Shown here: piece after piece, positions 18,965-28,203 of the stretch
Position numbering within the stretch: position 1 is the first letter of the stretch
How the letters are laid out: every line of letters starts with the position of its first letter
Translations under genes and position numbers: made by a program
Source of the DNA: an uncultured Acidobacteriota bacterium
GTDB lineage: Bacteria; Acidobacteriota; Thermoanaerobaculia; UBA5066
Length of the DNA stretch: 64,000 bases
Reading direction: 5' to 3'
NCBI GenBank assembly: GCA_963779415.1
Contig: CAVZYA010000001.1
Location: 288,001 to 352,000, forward strand
Notes under the pieces: model-generated
Seen by the model: only the letters and a program-made list of their open reading frames with translations
Told to the model about the DNA's origin: nothing
Databases searched by the model: none

Positions 18965-19249
18965 ATGGACAGCACCAGAACCCAGACCCCGCCTCGCGCA
19001 CGAGAAGCCGACATCGCCGGAGCGAAGGCTCACCTGAAGGAAAGCTGGGAACACGGGAGGGAGGCGGCTCACGGTGCTCAGCGGATTGCGCGGGAGAGCT
19101 GGAACGACCTCTACCGGAATGTCGATGAGTACGTCGAGTCCCGTCCGAAGACGGTCGCGCTCTGGGCGCTCGGCGCAGGCCTGGCGGTGGGTTTCCTCAC
19201 CGGCCTCCTCGTGAGCCGCGGCGTTCGCTCTCCATCCGAAGCGGCCTGA
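18965..19249 (+). CDS. DUF883/ElaB-YqjD-like tail-anchored protein
   Basis: DEYVESRP.TVALWALGAGLAVGFL.GLL.SR C-terminus; SD AAGGAGG. Confidence 0.75.
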   Translation: MDSTRTQTPPRAREADIAGAKAHLKESWEHGREAAHGAQRIARESWNDLYRNVDEYVESRPKTVALWALGAGLAVGFLTGLLVSRGVRSPSEAA

Positions 19250-19271
19250 TCCGCGGGGACCGCAGAGCGGC

Positions 19272-19286
19272 TGGCACGGCTCCTGC
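19272..19286 (+). promoter_or_regulatory. sigma54 -24/-12 promoter of lipoprotein gene
   Basis: TGGCACG-GCTC-CTGC. Confidence 0.7.
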
Positions 19287-19302
19287 GGGCACGAAACAGG
19301 AG

Positions 19303-19746
19303 ATGACCGACATGATTAATCGCAAACTCGCCGTACTGTCCTCCGCCGGGTTCCTCGCGATAGCGACGGCCTGTGGCCCATCGCCCGACACCACCGTGAA
19401 GAAGTCGGAGTCGACGACTCAGACATCGGAGGGAACCGTCAAGACCGCCACAGAGAGCAAGCAGGTCGGGACGACTCTCGAAGCGAAGAAAGAGACGACG
19501 GCCGAAACGACGGCCGGCACCGTCAAGGCGACGACCGAGACGACCGTCGGAACGGTCACCGCTTTCACGGCCGGCAAGAAGATCGAAGTGATGACCGGCG
19601 AGAAGAAGATGCACTCGTTCAGCCTCGACGACAAGAACATCGTCTATTCCATCGACCACGCGGTGGCCGTGGGCCAGCGCGTCACGGTGACCGACGAGAC
19701 CGGTACCGACAAGGTCCGTCACATTACCGTGAAGCCGTCGGCGTAA
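19303..19746 (+). CDS. Thr-rich hypothetical lipoprotein
   Basis: Lipobox-like ATAC after a hydrophobic stretch; repeated GTVK.T.E units. Confidence 0.7.
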   Translation: MTDMINRKLAVLSSAGFLAIATACGPSPDTTVKKSESTTQTSEGTVKTATESKQVGTTLEAKKETTAETTAGTVKATTETTVGTVTAFTAGKKIEVMTGEKKMHSFSLDDKNIVYSIDHAVAVGQRVTVTDETGTDKVRHITVKPSA

Positions 19747-19904
19747 TCGACCGGTACCGCGCGCGTCCGCGCTTGCCGGGGTCCCGGCGAGCGCCGGCGT
19801 CCGGGCGTGGTGATGGGTTTCCTTGCCAGCGTCCTCGCGAGCCGTGCCGTCCGCCTCGAGACTTGAAAAACCTGCGATCAGTCGTGAAGAAGTTTCAAGG
19901 GCGC

Positions 19905-21287
19905 CTACGGCTCGAGCTGGTAATCCCTGAGCTTGTTGTAGATCGTCTTCAGGCTGACGCCGAGAATCTCGGCCGCCACGCGCTTGTCCCCCTTGACGGC
20001 GAGAAGTGTCGCCGTGAGGACTTTCTTCTCGACGGCCTGCAGGGTGTCGCCGACGCGGACGGGGACCGCGGGCCAGGCCTCCTCGTCCCCCGCGACCGGG
20101 CGGATCTCGGCGGAGCCCGAGTCCGTGAGGACCGCCTCCGCCGCCTCGGCCTGGATGGCGGGCGGGTCGCTCAGGACGTACGCGCGATGAACGGCGTTCT
20201 TCAGCTCGCGCACGTTCCCGGGCCAATCGTGACCGGTGAGCGCCCCGAGCGCCGCCCCTTCGAAGGAATTGAAGCCACGCCGCTCCTTCTCCTCGATCTG
20301 CGAGAGGAAGTGAGACGCCAGCAGGGGAATGTCCTCTTTCCGCTCCCGGAGGGGCGGGAGGCGAAGAGGAAAGACGTTGAGCCGATAGAAGAGATCGGCC
20401 CGGAACGTCTCTTTGCGTACCGCTTCGGCGAGGTCCCGGTTGGAGCTCGCCACGAGCCGGATGTCCATGTCCAGCTCTTCGCTCCCGCCCACGCGCCGGA
20501 AGGTGCGGGTCTCGAGAACGCGGAGGAACTTCACCTGGAGGTCCGGCGGCATCTCCGTCACCTCGTCGAGGAAGAGCGTCCCCCCGTGGGCCATCTCGAA
20601 GGTCCCGGCGCGGCGCCGGTCGGCACCGGTGAACGCCCCCTTCTCGTGTCCGAAAAGCTCGCTCTCGACGAGAGTCGGCGAGATCGCCCCGCAGTTGACG
20701 GCGATGAACGGCTGTTTCGCGCGACGAGACAGGAGATGGACGGTCGAGGCCGCGACTTCTTTCCCGGACCCGCTCTCCCCGGTGATCATCACGGGCGCAT
20801 TCGAACGGGCCACCCGGGTCAGGAGACGGAAGACCTCCAGCATCGGGGCGGAGCGGCCGACCATCCCGGCAAGGCCTCCGGCCACGGCGGGATCGGGGAG
20901 CGGGGCAGGGAGGAGAGCGCGCGCCTCGTCGTGCCGTTCCGAGAGCTGTGAGAGCGCTGTCGCGAGCTGGGCTGTCTTGAGAGGCTTCAGGAGGAAGTCG
21001 TGGGCGCCCGCCTTCATCGCTTCGACGGCCGACCGGATCGAGCCCTTGCCGGTCAGGACGAGGACGTCGCATTCGCGCCCTGCGGCCTTCGCGGCGCGGA
21101 CGACGTCGAGGCCGTCCCCGTCCGGGAGCCCGAGATCGGTGATGCAGACGTCCGGCACGCTCCGGGCGATTGCCGCTCCGGCCTCGGCGACGGAGTCCGC
21201 GGAGGAGGCTTCGTACCCCAGCTCTTTGACCAGCTCGACGAGCGCCTCGCGCGAGCCGGGCTCGTCTTCGACGACGAGGACGTTCAT
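19905..21287 (-). CDS. sigma54-dependent response regulator (NtrC/AtoC family, REC-AAA+-Fis HTH)
   Basis: VVEDE, TDLGLP, GESGSGKE, GAFTGA, LFLDEV, WPGNVREL, AAEILGVSLKTIYNKL. Confidence 0.95.
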   Translation of the reverse strand: MNVLVVEDEPGSREALVELVKELGYEASSADSVAEAGAAIARSVPDVCITDLGLPDGDGLDVVRAAKAAGRECDVLVLTGKGSIRSAVEAMKAGAHDFLLKPLKTAQLATALSQLSERHDEARALLPAPLPDPAVAGGLAGMVGRSAPMLEVFRLLTRVARSNAPVMITGESGSGKEVAASTVHLLSRRAKQPFIAVNCGAISPTLVESELFGHEKGAFTGADRRRAGTFEMAHGGTLFLDEVTEMPPDLQVKFLRVLETRTFRRVGGSEELDMDIRLVASSNRDLAEAVRKETFRADLFYRLNVFPLRLPPLRERKEDIPLLASHFLSQIEEKERRGFNSFEGAALGALTGHDWPGNVRELKNAVHRAYVLSDPPAIQAEAAEAVLTDSGSAEIRPVAGDEEAWPAVPVRVGDTLQAVEKKVLTATLLAVKGDKRVAAEILGVSLKTIYNKLRDYQLEP

Positions 21288-21949
21288 CCCGATGCTCCTG
21301 TCTCGGCCGCAGGCACCGGCCGCGGCCAGGAGAGAAGCGCGACGATTCCCCCCTCCGGCCCGGCGAGCTGGAGGCATCCCCCGTCGGATTCGATGCACGC
21401 GCGGGCTACGAAGAGATCCTCGGCGCGCTCGTCGCCGCGCGGCAGTTGGAAGAGCCGCTCGGGATTCGCCGTGACGCTCCCGCCGAGGGCCTCCATCCGG
21501 AGGGAGACCCTTCCGGGGGCGGCTCCCGCGCTTGCCCGCGGCAGCGTCCCCGAAGATTCGGGTGACCGGAGGAACGACACCACGATCCGCAGGGCGTCGA
21601 TGGTCGCGAGACGCTTGAGGAGAAGGGGTTTACGGGACGCCGAATCCTCCTCGAGGGAGATCCCTGCGGCTCGGCAGAGATCGCCGATCGACGTCTCCGA
21701 GGGCGCCTCTCCGACAATGCTCGCGAGACGCGGCAGGAGGTCGATGAGCCGGCCGGCGGCGGCGAGGTCGCCCTTCGCGCCGCGGAGGCGGTCCGCCAGC
21801 GGCGTTCCTTCGGATGGAATCGCCGCGAGGCGACGCTCGAGGAGTTCCAGCTTCAGCCCCGCTGCCGACAGAGGGTCGGCAAGGGCATGACGGAGCGTTC
21901 CGAGCGCAGCCGCCAGTCCGCCCGGCAGGTCAGGCGCAAGCACTTCCAT
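21284..21949 (-). CDS. Degenerate histidine kinase-like (ChpT-like phosphotransferase) protein
   Basis: H-box-like LRHALADPLS; HATPase remnants (PERLFQL, LFVARACIESDGGCL) without N/G1/G2 boxes; ATGA-coupled to the NtrC gene. Confidence 0.6.
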   Translation of the reverse strand: MEVLAPDLPGGLAAALGTLRHALADPLSAAGLKLELLERRLAAIPSEGTPLADRLRGAKGDLAAAGRLIDLLPRLASIVGEAPSETSIGDLCRAAGISLEEDSASRKPLLLKRLATIDALRIVVSFLRSPESSGTLPRASAGAAPGRVSLRMEALGGSVTANPERLFQLPRGDERAEDLFVARACIESDGGCLQLAGPEGGIVALLSWPRPVPAAETGASG

Positions 21950-22013
21950 CACTTTTTCTCGAAACGAAGCATCGACCCTTCGAAGGCGATCGTCAACAGA
22001 GGGGTTCTCGAGG

Positions 22014-22028
22014 TGGCACGCCTCGTGC
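22014..22028 (+). promoter_or_regulatory. sigma54 -24/-12 promoter of DUF2383 paralogue 2
   Basis: TGGCACG-CCTC-GTGC. Confidence 0.72.
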
Positions 22029-22097
22029 GTTCGAATGGCTCGAGAGGGACCCCTTGAGAGCTTCATCGATTCAACCGCAGAACTCGGGAGAGAGGGG

Positions 22098-22538
22098 ATG
22101 AACGACCACCTGGACGTGCGCCCCCCTGTGGACGGGACCCACGGTCTCAACGCACTCCTCAGGGGCGAGCTCGCCGCGGTCAACGCCTACCAACGCGCGC
22201 TCCGGACGGCCGAGGGCCGCATCCCCGTGGACGCCGCGGAGATTCTCCGTTTCGCCTCGGAGCACCAGAGGACGGTGGCGGCGCTGCAGGTTGCCGTCCG
22301 GGAGATGGGCGGCGTACCGGCGAGCGAGAAGGGAACGTGGGGAGCCTTCGCGCTCCTCCGCGACACGGCTTCGGTCCGCGAGCTTCTCGAAGGAGAGGAA
22401 GCGGGCCTCCTGATGTACGAGGCGGCGAACGGGATCCTCGAGGGCGACGCCCGCGATCTGGTGACGCTCGAGCTGATCCCGCGGCAACGCAAGCACATCG
22501 CCGAGCTCTCGGCGATCATCTCGCGGCTCTCGGCGTGA
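22098..22538 (+). CDS. DUF2383/ferritin-like four-helix-bundle protein (paralogue 2)
   Basis: LNALLRGELAAVNAYQRAL...HQRTVAALQV...EGEEAGL..Y; clear paralogue of 16997-17425. Confidence 0.78.
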   Translation: MNDHLDVRPPVDGTHGLNALLRGELAAVNAYQRALRTAEGRIPVDAAEILRFASEHQRTVAALQVAVREMGGVPASEKGTWGAFALLRDTASVRELLEGEEAGLLMYEAANGILEGDARDLVTLELIPRQRKHIAELSAIISRLSA

Positions 22539-22550
22539 ATACCCGGAGGA

Positions 22551-24452
22551 TCAGAGTTCCGTCTGGACGCCCAGCTCCACGACCCGACCCGGAGGCAGCC
22601 TGAAGAAACTGCTGGCGCTGGTCGCGTTCTTCATCATCGACGCGAAGACCCTCTGCCGCCACAACGCCATGCCGCGCGCGCGCCGGGTGAAGATCAGACG
22701 GTGGACGCCGATGATGTACGTCGTATCCATGGGATCGAGCCGCTTCAACTTCTCGTCCGTGATGCGCTCGAGCAGTGCCGGTATGTCCACGTGCTCCATG
22801 TAGCCATAACGGCCGACGACGCGGAACAGCCCCTCGCCGAGCGGTTCGACGCTCACGCGTCCGTGCTCACCGACCCGCGAGATCTCGTCCGCCACCACGG
22901 TCAGGATCAGGACCTGCTCGTGGAGCACCTTGTAGTGCTTCAGGCTGTGGAGCAGCGAGTTGGGGACGTGCCCGCTCAGGTGGCTCAGGAAGACCGCGGT
23001 GCCGGGAACGCGGACCGGCGCGTGCCTCTCCAGGGACTCCACGAAGCGTTTCGACGTCAGTGACCCCTCCCGCAATTTCTGGTACAGGATCTGACGGCCG
23101 CGGCGCCACGTCGTCATCAGCGTGAAGACGATGGCGGCGATCGCGAGCGGGAACCATCCGCCGTCGGCGACCTTGAACATGTTCGCGCCGAAGAAGGCGA
23201 GGTCGACGACGAGGAAGGCCGCGGTCACCACTCCGGCGGTGAGCCCGCTCCAGCCGAGGAGATCGCGCGAGACGAAGTACGCGAGGATCGTCGTGATCAC
23301 CATCGTCGTCGAGACGGCGACCCCGTACGCCGCCGCGAGGTTCGTGGACGTGCGGAAGCCGAGCACGAGCGCGATCGTCGCGACCATGACGGCACGGTTC
23401 ACCGCCGGCAGGTAGATCTGTCCCATCGAGGTGCGCGATGTGTGGACGACCTCCATCCGGGGCAGGTACCCGAGCTGAATGGCCTGCCACGTGAGAGAGA
23501 AGACCCCCGAGATGATGGCCTGGGAGGCGATGACGGTCGCCATCGCGGCAAGTGCGACGAGCGGCAGGAGAGCCCAGCCCGGCGCGAGGAGATAGAAGGG
23601 GTGAAGCGCCGCTTCGGGATTCCGGATCAGGAGGGCCCCCTGCCCGAAGTAGTTGAGCAGAAGGGAAGGCCCGACGACGAAGAACCAGTCGATCTGGATC
23701 GGACGCTCCCCGAAGTGGCCGAGGTCCGCGTAGAGAGCCTCGCCTCCGGTAGTCGCCAGGAACACGGCGCCGAGGACGAGAAACGCATGGGAACCGTTCC
23801 TCGTGAAGAACCGGATCGCGTGCTGCGGGTTCATCGCCGAGAGGACGGAGGGCTCCCAGAGGATCCCGCGGACTCCGAGCACGGCGATCGTGGCGAACCA
23901 GACGAGGACGACGGGCCCGAACACCGAGCCGACGCCCGCCGTCCCCCGGCGCTGGAACAGGAACAGCAGGATGAGGATCGCGATCGTGATCGGCAGGATG
24001 TATGGCTTGAAGAACGGGGTCGCGACCTCGAGGCCCTCGATCGCGCTCAGAACCGAGATCGCGGGCGTGATCATGCCGTCGCCGTAGAGCAGCGCGGCCC
24101 CGAAGACGCCGAGCACGACGAGCGTCGCGCGAAGGCCGGGCCGCTGCGCCCGAATGCCCCGGGCCAGGCCCATCAGGGCCAGAATCCCGCCCTCGCCCCG
24201 GTTGTGGAAGCCGAGGATGTAGACGTGGTACTTGAGCGTGACGACGATGATCAGGGACCAGAAGATCAGGGAGAGGATCCCGAGCACGTTGGCGTGGCTG
24301 GGCGCCACGCGGTGCAAGCCGTGGAAGCATTCGCGAAGCGCATACAGCGGGCTCGTGCCGATGTCGCCGTAGACGATCCCGATCGCGAGCAGGACCAGCG
24401 AGACGAGGTGCCGGCCCCCGGGTGGTTTGGGCTTCGCCGGGTGGGTCTTCAT
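22551..24452 (-). CDS. kup: Potassium uptake transporter Kup
   Basis: GIVYGDIGTSPLY, GEGGILAL, YGDGMITPAISVLSAIEG, GEALYADLGHF, SQAIISG. Confidence 0.97.
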   Translation of the reverse strand: MKTHPAKPKPPGGRHLVSLVLLAIGIVYGDIGTSPLYALRECFHGLHRVAPSHANVLGILSLIFWSLIIVVTLKYHVYILGFHNRGEGGILALMGLARGIRAQRPGLRATLVVLGVFGAALLYGDGMITPAISVLSAIEGLEVATPFFKPYILPITIAILILLFLFQRRGTAGVGSVFGPVVLVWFATIAVLGVRGILWEPSVLSAMNPQHAIRFFTRNGSHAFLVLGAVFLATTGGEALYADLGHFGERPIQIDWFFVVGPSLLLNYFGQGALLIRNPEAALHPFYLLAPGWALLPLVALAAMATVIASQAIISGVFSLTWQAIQLGYLPRMEVVHTSRTSMGQIYLPAVNRAVMVATIALVLGFRTSTNLAAAYGVAVSTTMVITTILAYFVSRDLLGWSGLTAGVVTAAFLVVDLAFFGANMFKVADGGWFPLAIAAIVFTLMTTWRRGRQILYQKLREGSLTSKRFVESLERHAPVRVPGTAVFLSHLSGHVPNSLLHSLKHYKVLHEQVLILTVVADEISRVGEHGRVSVEPLGEGLFRVVGRYGYMEHVDIPALLERITDEKLKRLDPMDTTYIIGVHRLIFTRRARGMALWRQRVFASMMKNATSASSFFRLPPGRVVELGVQTEL

Positions 24453-24604
24453 CTGCGCGAGATCGCCTCTTCCTGCGGCCGAAAAAGGTTATCACCCGCG
24501 CGCCACGTGCCCCGCGGCCTCCCGACGGCGACGTGACGCCGGTCGAAATGAACCGGCGGATGGCGGAGAATCGACGCCGGAACGGGGGGCGAGGAGGGAA
24601 GGCG

Positions 24605-25876
24605 ATGTCGTTTTCCGGGAGGCTCGAGAAGGTCCTTTCCCTGCGGGACGCTCTTCGGGAAAGGCGGGCCGCGATGGTCTTCCACGCGGCCCGGAGCCTG
24701 GCGTTCACCGTGAAGGACAGCGAGCGGGAGGTCGACGTCACGATCGACCGGCTCGGGATGTTCCCGGAAGCGGCGACGCTCCTTTCGGCCCGCGTCCCGC
24801 TGCGAGGCCCGGAGAGCCGCGTGGCCCTGATGCTCGCCTACAACGGGAGCTCGTGGCTCTCGACGGCGATCACCTCGATCTACCTCGTCGGAAACCACGT
24901 CGACGTGAAGTTCTCCTCGAAGGGGACCGACGTCATGCGCCTCACGGAGGAGATGTACCGTCCGGTCTTCGGGGACGCGATCTCCTTCTACGGGGGGAGC
25001 GGACGGAGCTTCCTCGAGTACGCCCTCCGGGACCCGCGCGTCTCCGCGGCCGTCGTCTTCGGGTTCGACGAGAACATCCTTCCGTACGAGGAGGAGTTCC
25101 GGGCGGCGGGGAAGACCCTCGTCTTCGAGGGACCGGGGCAGGACCCGTTCATCGTCTTTCCGGACGCCGACCTCTCCCTGGCCCTCTCCGACCTCTCCGC
25201 CGCGAAGTTCATGTACGCGGGGCAGACCTGCACGGCGCCGAAGAGGATCTTCGTCCACCGCGCGATCTACGACGAGTTCCTCGACCGGTTCGAGGAGAGG
25301 GTCCGTCGCCTCGTCGTGGGCGACCCGTCGGACCCGCGAACCGACATCGGCCCGGTGGCGAGCGACCTCGCGGTCCGTCGCATCGCGGCGCAGCTCGAGG
25401 ACGCGAGGGAACGCGGAGCGAGGATCACCGTCGGGGGCCGGATCGAGGGGAACCTCGTCCTTCCCACCGTCGTCCGCGGAGCGACCGACGACTTTCTCGG
25501 GATGCGCGAGGAGGTCTTCGGCCCCGTCGCGTTCACGACCCCGTTCGACACCGAGGAGGAGGTCGTCCGCCGGGCGCGAAACCACAAGTACGGCCTGCGC
25601 GCCTCGGTCTTCGGCGGCGAGGCCGCCACCCGCACCGCCGCCGCCCTGAAGGGCGAGGACTATTGCCACCCGGTTCCCGGCTTCACGTTCGGCCGGTTCG
25701 GGACCGTGGGCCTCAACCAGAGCCGCGCCGAGACCTGGCGCGGGGCGTTCGTGACGAAGGCGGTCGGCGGCTACGGCTACTCGGGCTGGATCTGGGAGAC
25801 GGCCGACGGCCGGTTCCGCCTCAAGCAGGGCCCGAAGCTCCTCAGCCTCGAGACGTCCCGCCCGGCCGGCGCCTGA
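24605..25876 (+). CDS. Aldehyde dehydrogenase family protein (short N-terminus)
   Basis: FEGPGQDP (catalytic Glu), GQTCTAP (catalytic Cys), EEVFGPV, YGLRASVF. Confidence 0.85.
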   Translation: MSFSGRLEKVLSLRDALRERRAAMVFHAARSLAFTVKDSEREVDVTIDRLGMFPEAATLLSARVPLRGPESRVALMLAYNGSSWLSTAITSIYLVGNHVDVKFSSKGTDVMRLTEEMYRPVFGDAISFYGGSGRSFLEYALRDPRVSAAVVFGFDENILPYEEEFRAAGKTLVFEGPGQDPFIVFPDADLSLALSDLSAAKFMYAGQTCTAPKRIFVHRAIYDEFLDRFEERVRRLVVGDPSDPRTDIGPVASDLAVRRIAAQLEDARERGARITVGGRIEGNLVLPTVVRGATDDFLGMREEVFGPVAFTTPFDTEEEVVRRARNHKYGLRASVFGGEAATRTAAALKGEDYCHPVPGFTFGRFGTVGLNQSRAETWRGAFVTKAVGGYGYSGWIWETADGRFRLKQGPKLLSLETSRPAGA

Positions 25877-26060
25877 CCCGCGCCTCCGGCGGAAATACGC
25901 TCCTCGCCGGCGGGAGCCTCGGGGAATCCTTCGTCCCCTTCCGCGAAACCTTCTTCAGGATGCGGCATCTGAGAAGTTGTCGCAAGTTGACGCCGGGACC
26001 GGATGGTTCGGGCCGGCCGAAAGAAAGAGACAGGTCAGACCTGTCAAAGAAGGAGACGAA

Positions 26061-26436
26061 ATGAAGAAGAACCGCCCGCCAAACGCCTACCTCTCCGCCG
26101 CCGTCGCCGGCTTGATCGCAGGATCGGCCCTCGCGGCGAGCGCCGCGCCGACCCCGCAGGGGAGCCCCGAGCCGACGAAGACGCCTGCCGCGTCGCAGAC
26201 GGACAAGAACTCCTGCAGCGGGCCCAACGGCTGCAGCGGCAAGAAGACGTCCGACAAGAAGGCCGGGACGTCCGACGCCGACAAGCACGCCTGCAAGGGC
26301 CAGAACTCCTGCAAGGGGAAGGGGGGCTGCAAGACCGACAAGAACGCCTGCAAGGGCCAGAACGCCTGCAAGGGACAGGGGCGGCTGCGCCACCGACGGG
26401 AAGGCTCACCCCAAGCCGACCGAGAAGGCTGGCTGA
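26061..26436 (+). CDS. BufA2-type Cys-rich periplasmic bufferin (RiPP) precursor; +1 frameshift at 26378-26381
   Basis: Signal peptide then DKNSCSGPNGC, DKHACKGQNSCKGKGGC, DKNACKGQNACKGQG. Removing one G from GGGG restores GCATDGKAHPKPTEKAG*. Confidence 0.8.
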
Positions 26437-26506
26437 CGCTCCGAGACCGGACGGCCCCGGCCGCGCTGCGGCCGGGGCTGCCTCATCTGAAGGGAGGAAG
26501 TCGCCC

Positions 26507-27364
26507 ATGGCCAACCGCTGGAACCTGCCGACGCTCGGCTACGGAATCGGCCTCCGGACGGTTCACTTCGGGGAGATCCTCGAGCGCCGTCCCCGTATCG
26601 ACTTCTTCGAGGCGATCACCGAGAACTTTCTCGACACCGGGGGGCGGCCGCTCCACGTTCTCGACCGCGTTGCCGAGCGGACACCTGTCGTCCTGCACGG
26701 TGTATCGCTGAACATCGGAAGCAGCGACCCGCTCGACCTCGACTACCTCCGGAAGGTCAAGGAGCTGGCGCGGCGCACCGACGCGCCCTGGGTGACCGAC
26801 CATCTCTGCTGGACGGGTGTGGCCGGACGAAACGTCCACGACCTCCTCCCCCTGCCGATGAACGAAGAGACCCTCGCGCACGTTGCGAAGCGGGTCCGGA
26901 CCGTCCAGGACGTTCTGGAGCGCCCGATTCACCTGGAGAACCCCTCGACGTACCTGGAGTTCGCGACGTCGACGATGGGCGAGGCCGAGTTTCTCCGTCG
27001 CCTCACCGAGCAGGCCGACTGCGGCCTTCTTCTCGACGTGAACAACGTCTTCGTCTCCGCGTTCAACCACGGGTGGGACGCCGAGGCATACATCGACGCC
27101 ATTCCCGCCGACCGGATCGTCCAGATTCACCTCGCGGGTCATACCGACAAGGGGACTCATCTCCTCGACACCCATTCCGACCACGTGCGTGACGAGGTCT
27201 GGGCCCTCTATGGACGGCTCATCGCGCGTACGGGGCCGGTCACGACGCTCGTCGAGTGGGACGAGGAGATTCCCGCTCTCGACGTCGTTCACACCGAAGC
27301 TCTGAAGGCTCGAGACGTGGCCTCGCGGGCGCTCCGGCCGGTGGACGTAAGGGAGGCGGCATGA
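26507..27364 (+). CDS. DUF692 multinuclear non-heme iron oxidase (MNIO; BufB/MbnB family)
   Basis: GIGLR..H, EAITENF, HGVSLNIG, TDHLCW, LENPS.Y, LLDVNN, QIHLAGH, DTH, EWD. Confidence 0.95.
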   Translation: MANRWNLPTLGYGIGLRTVHFGEILERRPRIDFFEAITENFLDTGGRPLHVLDRVAERTPVVLHGVSLNIGSSDPLDLDYLRKVKELARRTDAPWVTDHLCWTGVAGRNVHDLLPLPMNEETLAHVAKRVRTVQDVLERPIHLENPSTYLEFATSTMGEAEFLRRLTEQADCGLLLDVNNVFVSAFNHGWDAEAYIDAIPADRIVQIHLAGHTDKGTHLLDTHSDHVRDEVWALYGRLIARTGPVTTLVEWDEEIPALDVVHTEALKARDVASRALRPVDVREAA

Positions 27365-28203
27365 GCGATCCCGTCCTCTCCCTCGCGGCGACCCAAACCT
27401 GGATGCAGGCCGTTCTGGTCCATCCAGAGGGGGCGGAGCACGGGCTATCGGCGCCCGAGGCGCGACGGCATCTCGCGCCCGAAGACACCCCGCGGGTCGT
27501 TCGGGAGCAGGGGGAGCTGACCGGTGTCGAAAGGCTCCAGATCTACGCGGGGATGTATCCCCTCCGGATGGTCGAGGCGCTTCGGAGCGATTACCCGGCC
27601 CTGGCCCATCTTCTCGGCACGCGGAGGTTCGAGCGGCTGGTACGCGACTTCGTGGCGGCCCACCCCTCGCGGAGCTTTACGCTGGCGCGCCTCGGCGACC
27701 GCTTTCCGGAGTTCGTGGCGGGATGGGGGAGCCCTCGCCGCCGGGGGCTTCTCGCCGACGTCGCCCGGCTGGAGCTGGCCGCGACGCAGGTCATCGACGC
27801 TGGGGTGACGGCGCCCATCGATCCCTCGGCGCTTTCGGCCGTACCGGCCGGCGAGTGGGCACGAACGAAGCTCGTCCCGGCGGCGGCATTCCGCATCGTC
27901 AAGGTCCGCCCGGGCGCGGTCGACGTTCTGGACGCCGTCCTCGAGGAGACGCCCATCCCTCGAAATGCCGGCCGACGGCGGGTCTGGGTCGCCTACTACC
28001 GGCAGGACTATGTCGTCCGGCGGCGGACGCTGGGGCCCCTCGAAGGAGACCTCCTCGACTCCCTGATCAACGGCGAGACGCTCCGAGCCGCTCTCGAGAC
28101 CGCCGCAAAGACGTCCGCACGCCGAAACCTCGCAGGGGAGAAGCTCTCCCGATGGTTCGCCGAATGGACTCGTCTCGGCTTCTTCGCCGGGATCAGGTCA
28201 TAG
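27361..28203 (+). CDS. DUF2063 (BufC/HvfC) MNIO partner protein
   Basis: ERLQIYAGMY..R..EAL..DYP.L..LLG, HPS.S.TL..LG..FP.F, LADVARLE; ATGA-coupled to DUF692. Confidence 0.88.
   Translation: MSDPVLSLAATQTWMQAVLVHPEGAEHGLSAPEARRHLAPEDTPRVVREQGELTGVERLQIYAGMYPLRMVEALRSDYPALAHLLGTRRFERLVRDFVAAHPSRSFTLARLGDRFPEFVAGWGSPRRRGLLADVARLELAATQVIDAGVTAPIDPSALSAVPAGEWARTKLVPAAAFRIVKVRPGAVDVLDAVLEETPIPRNAGRRRVWVAYYRQDYVVRRRTLGPLEGDLLDSLINGETLRAALETAAKTSARRNLAGEKLSRWFAEWTRLGFFAGIRS

Noticed and set aside
26378-26381. Programmed frameshift or phase variation in the bufferin precursor
   Set aside because: One extra G in a 4-G run with no slippery heptamer. A second single-base indel at ~61418 suggests sequencing error; reads are needed to decide.
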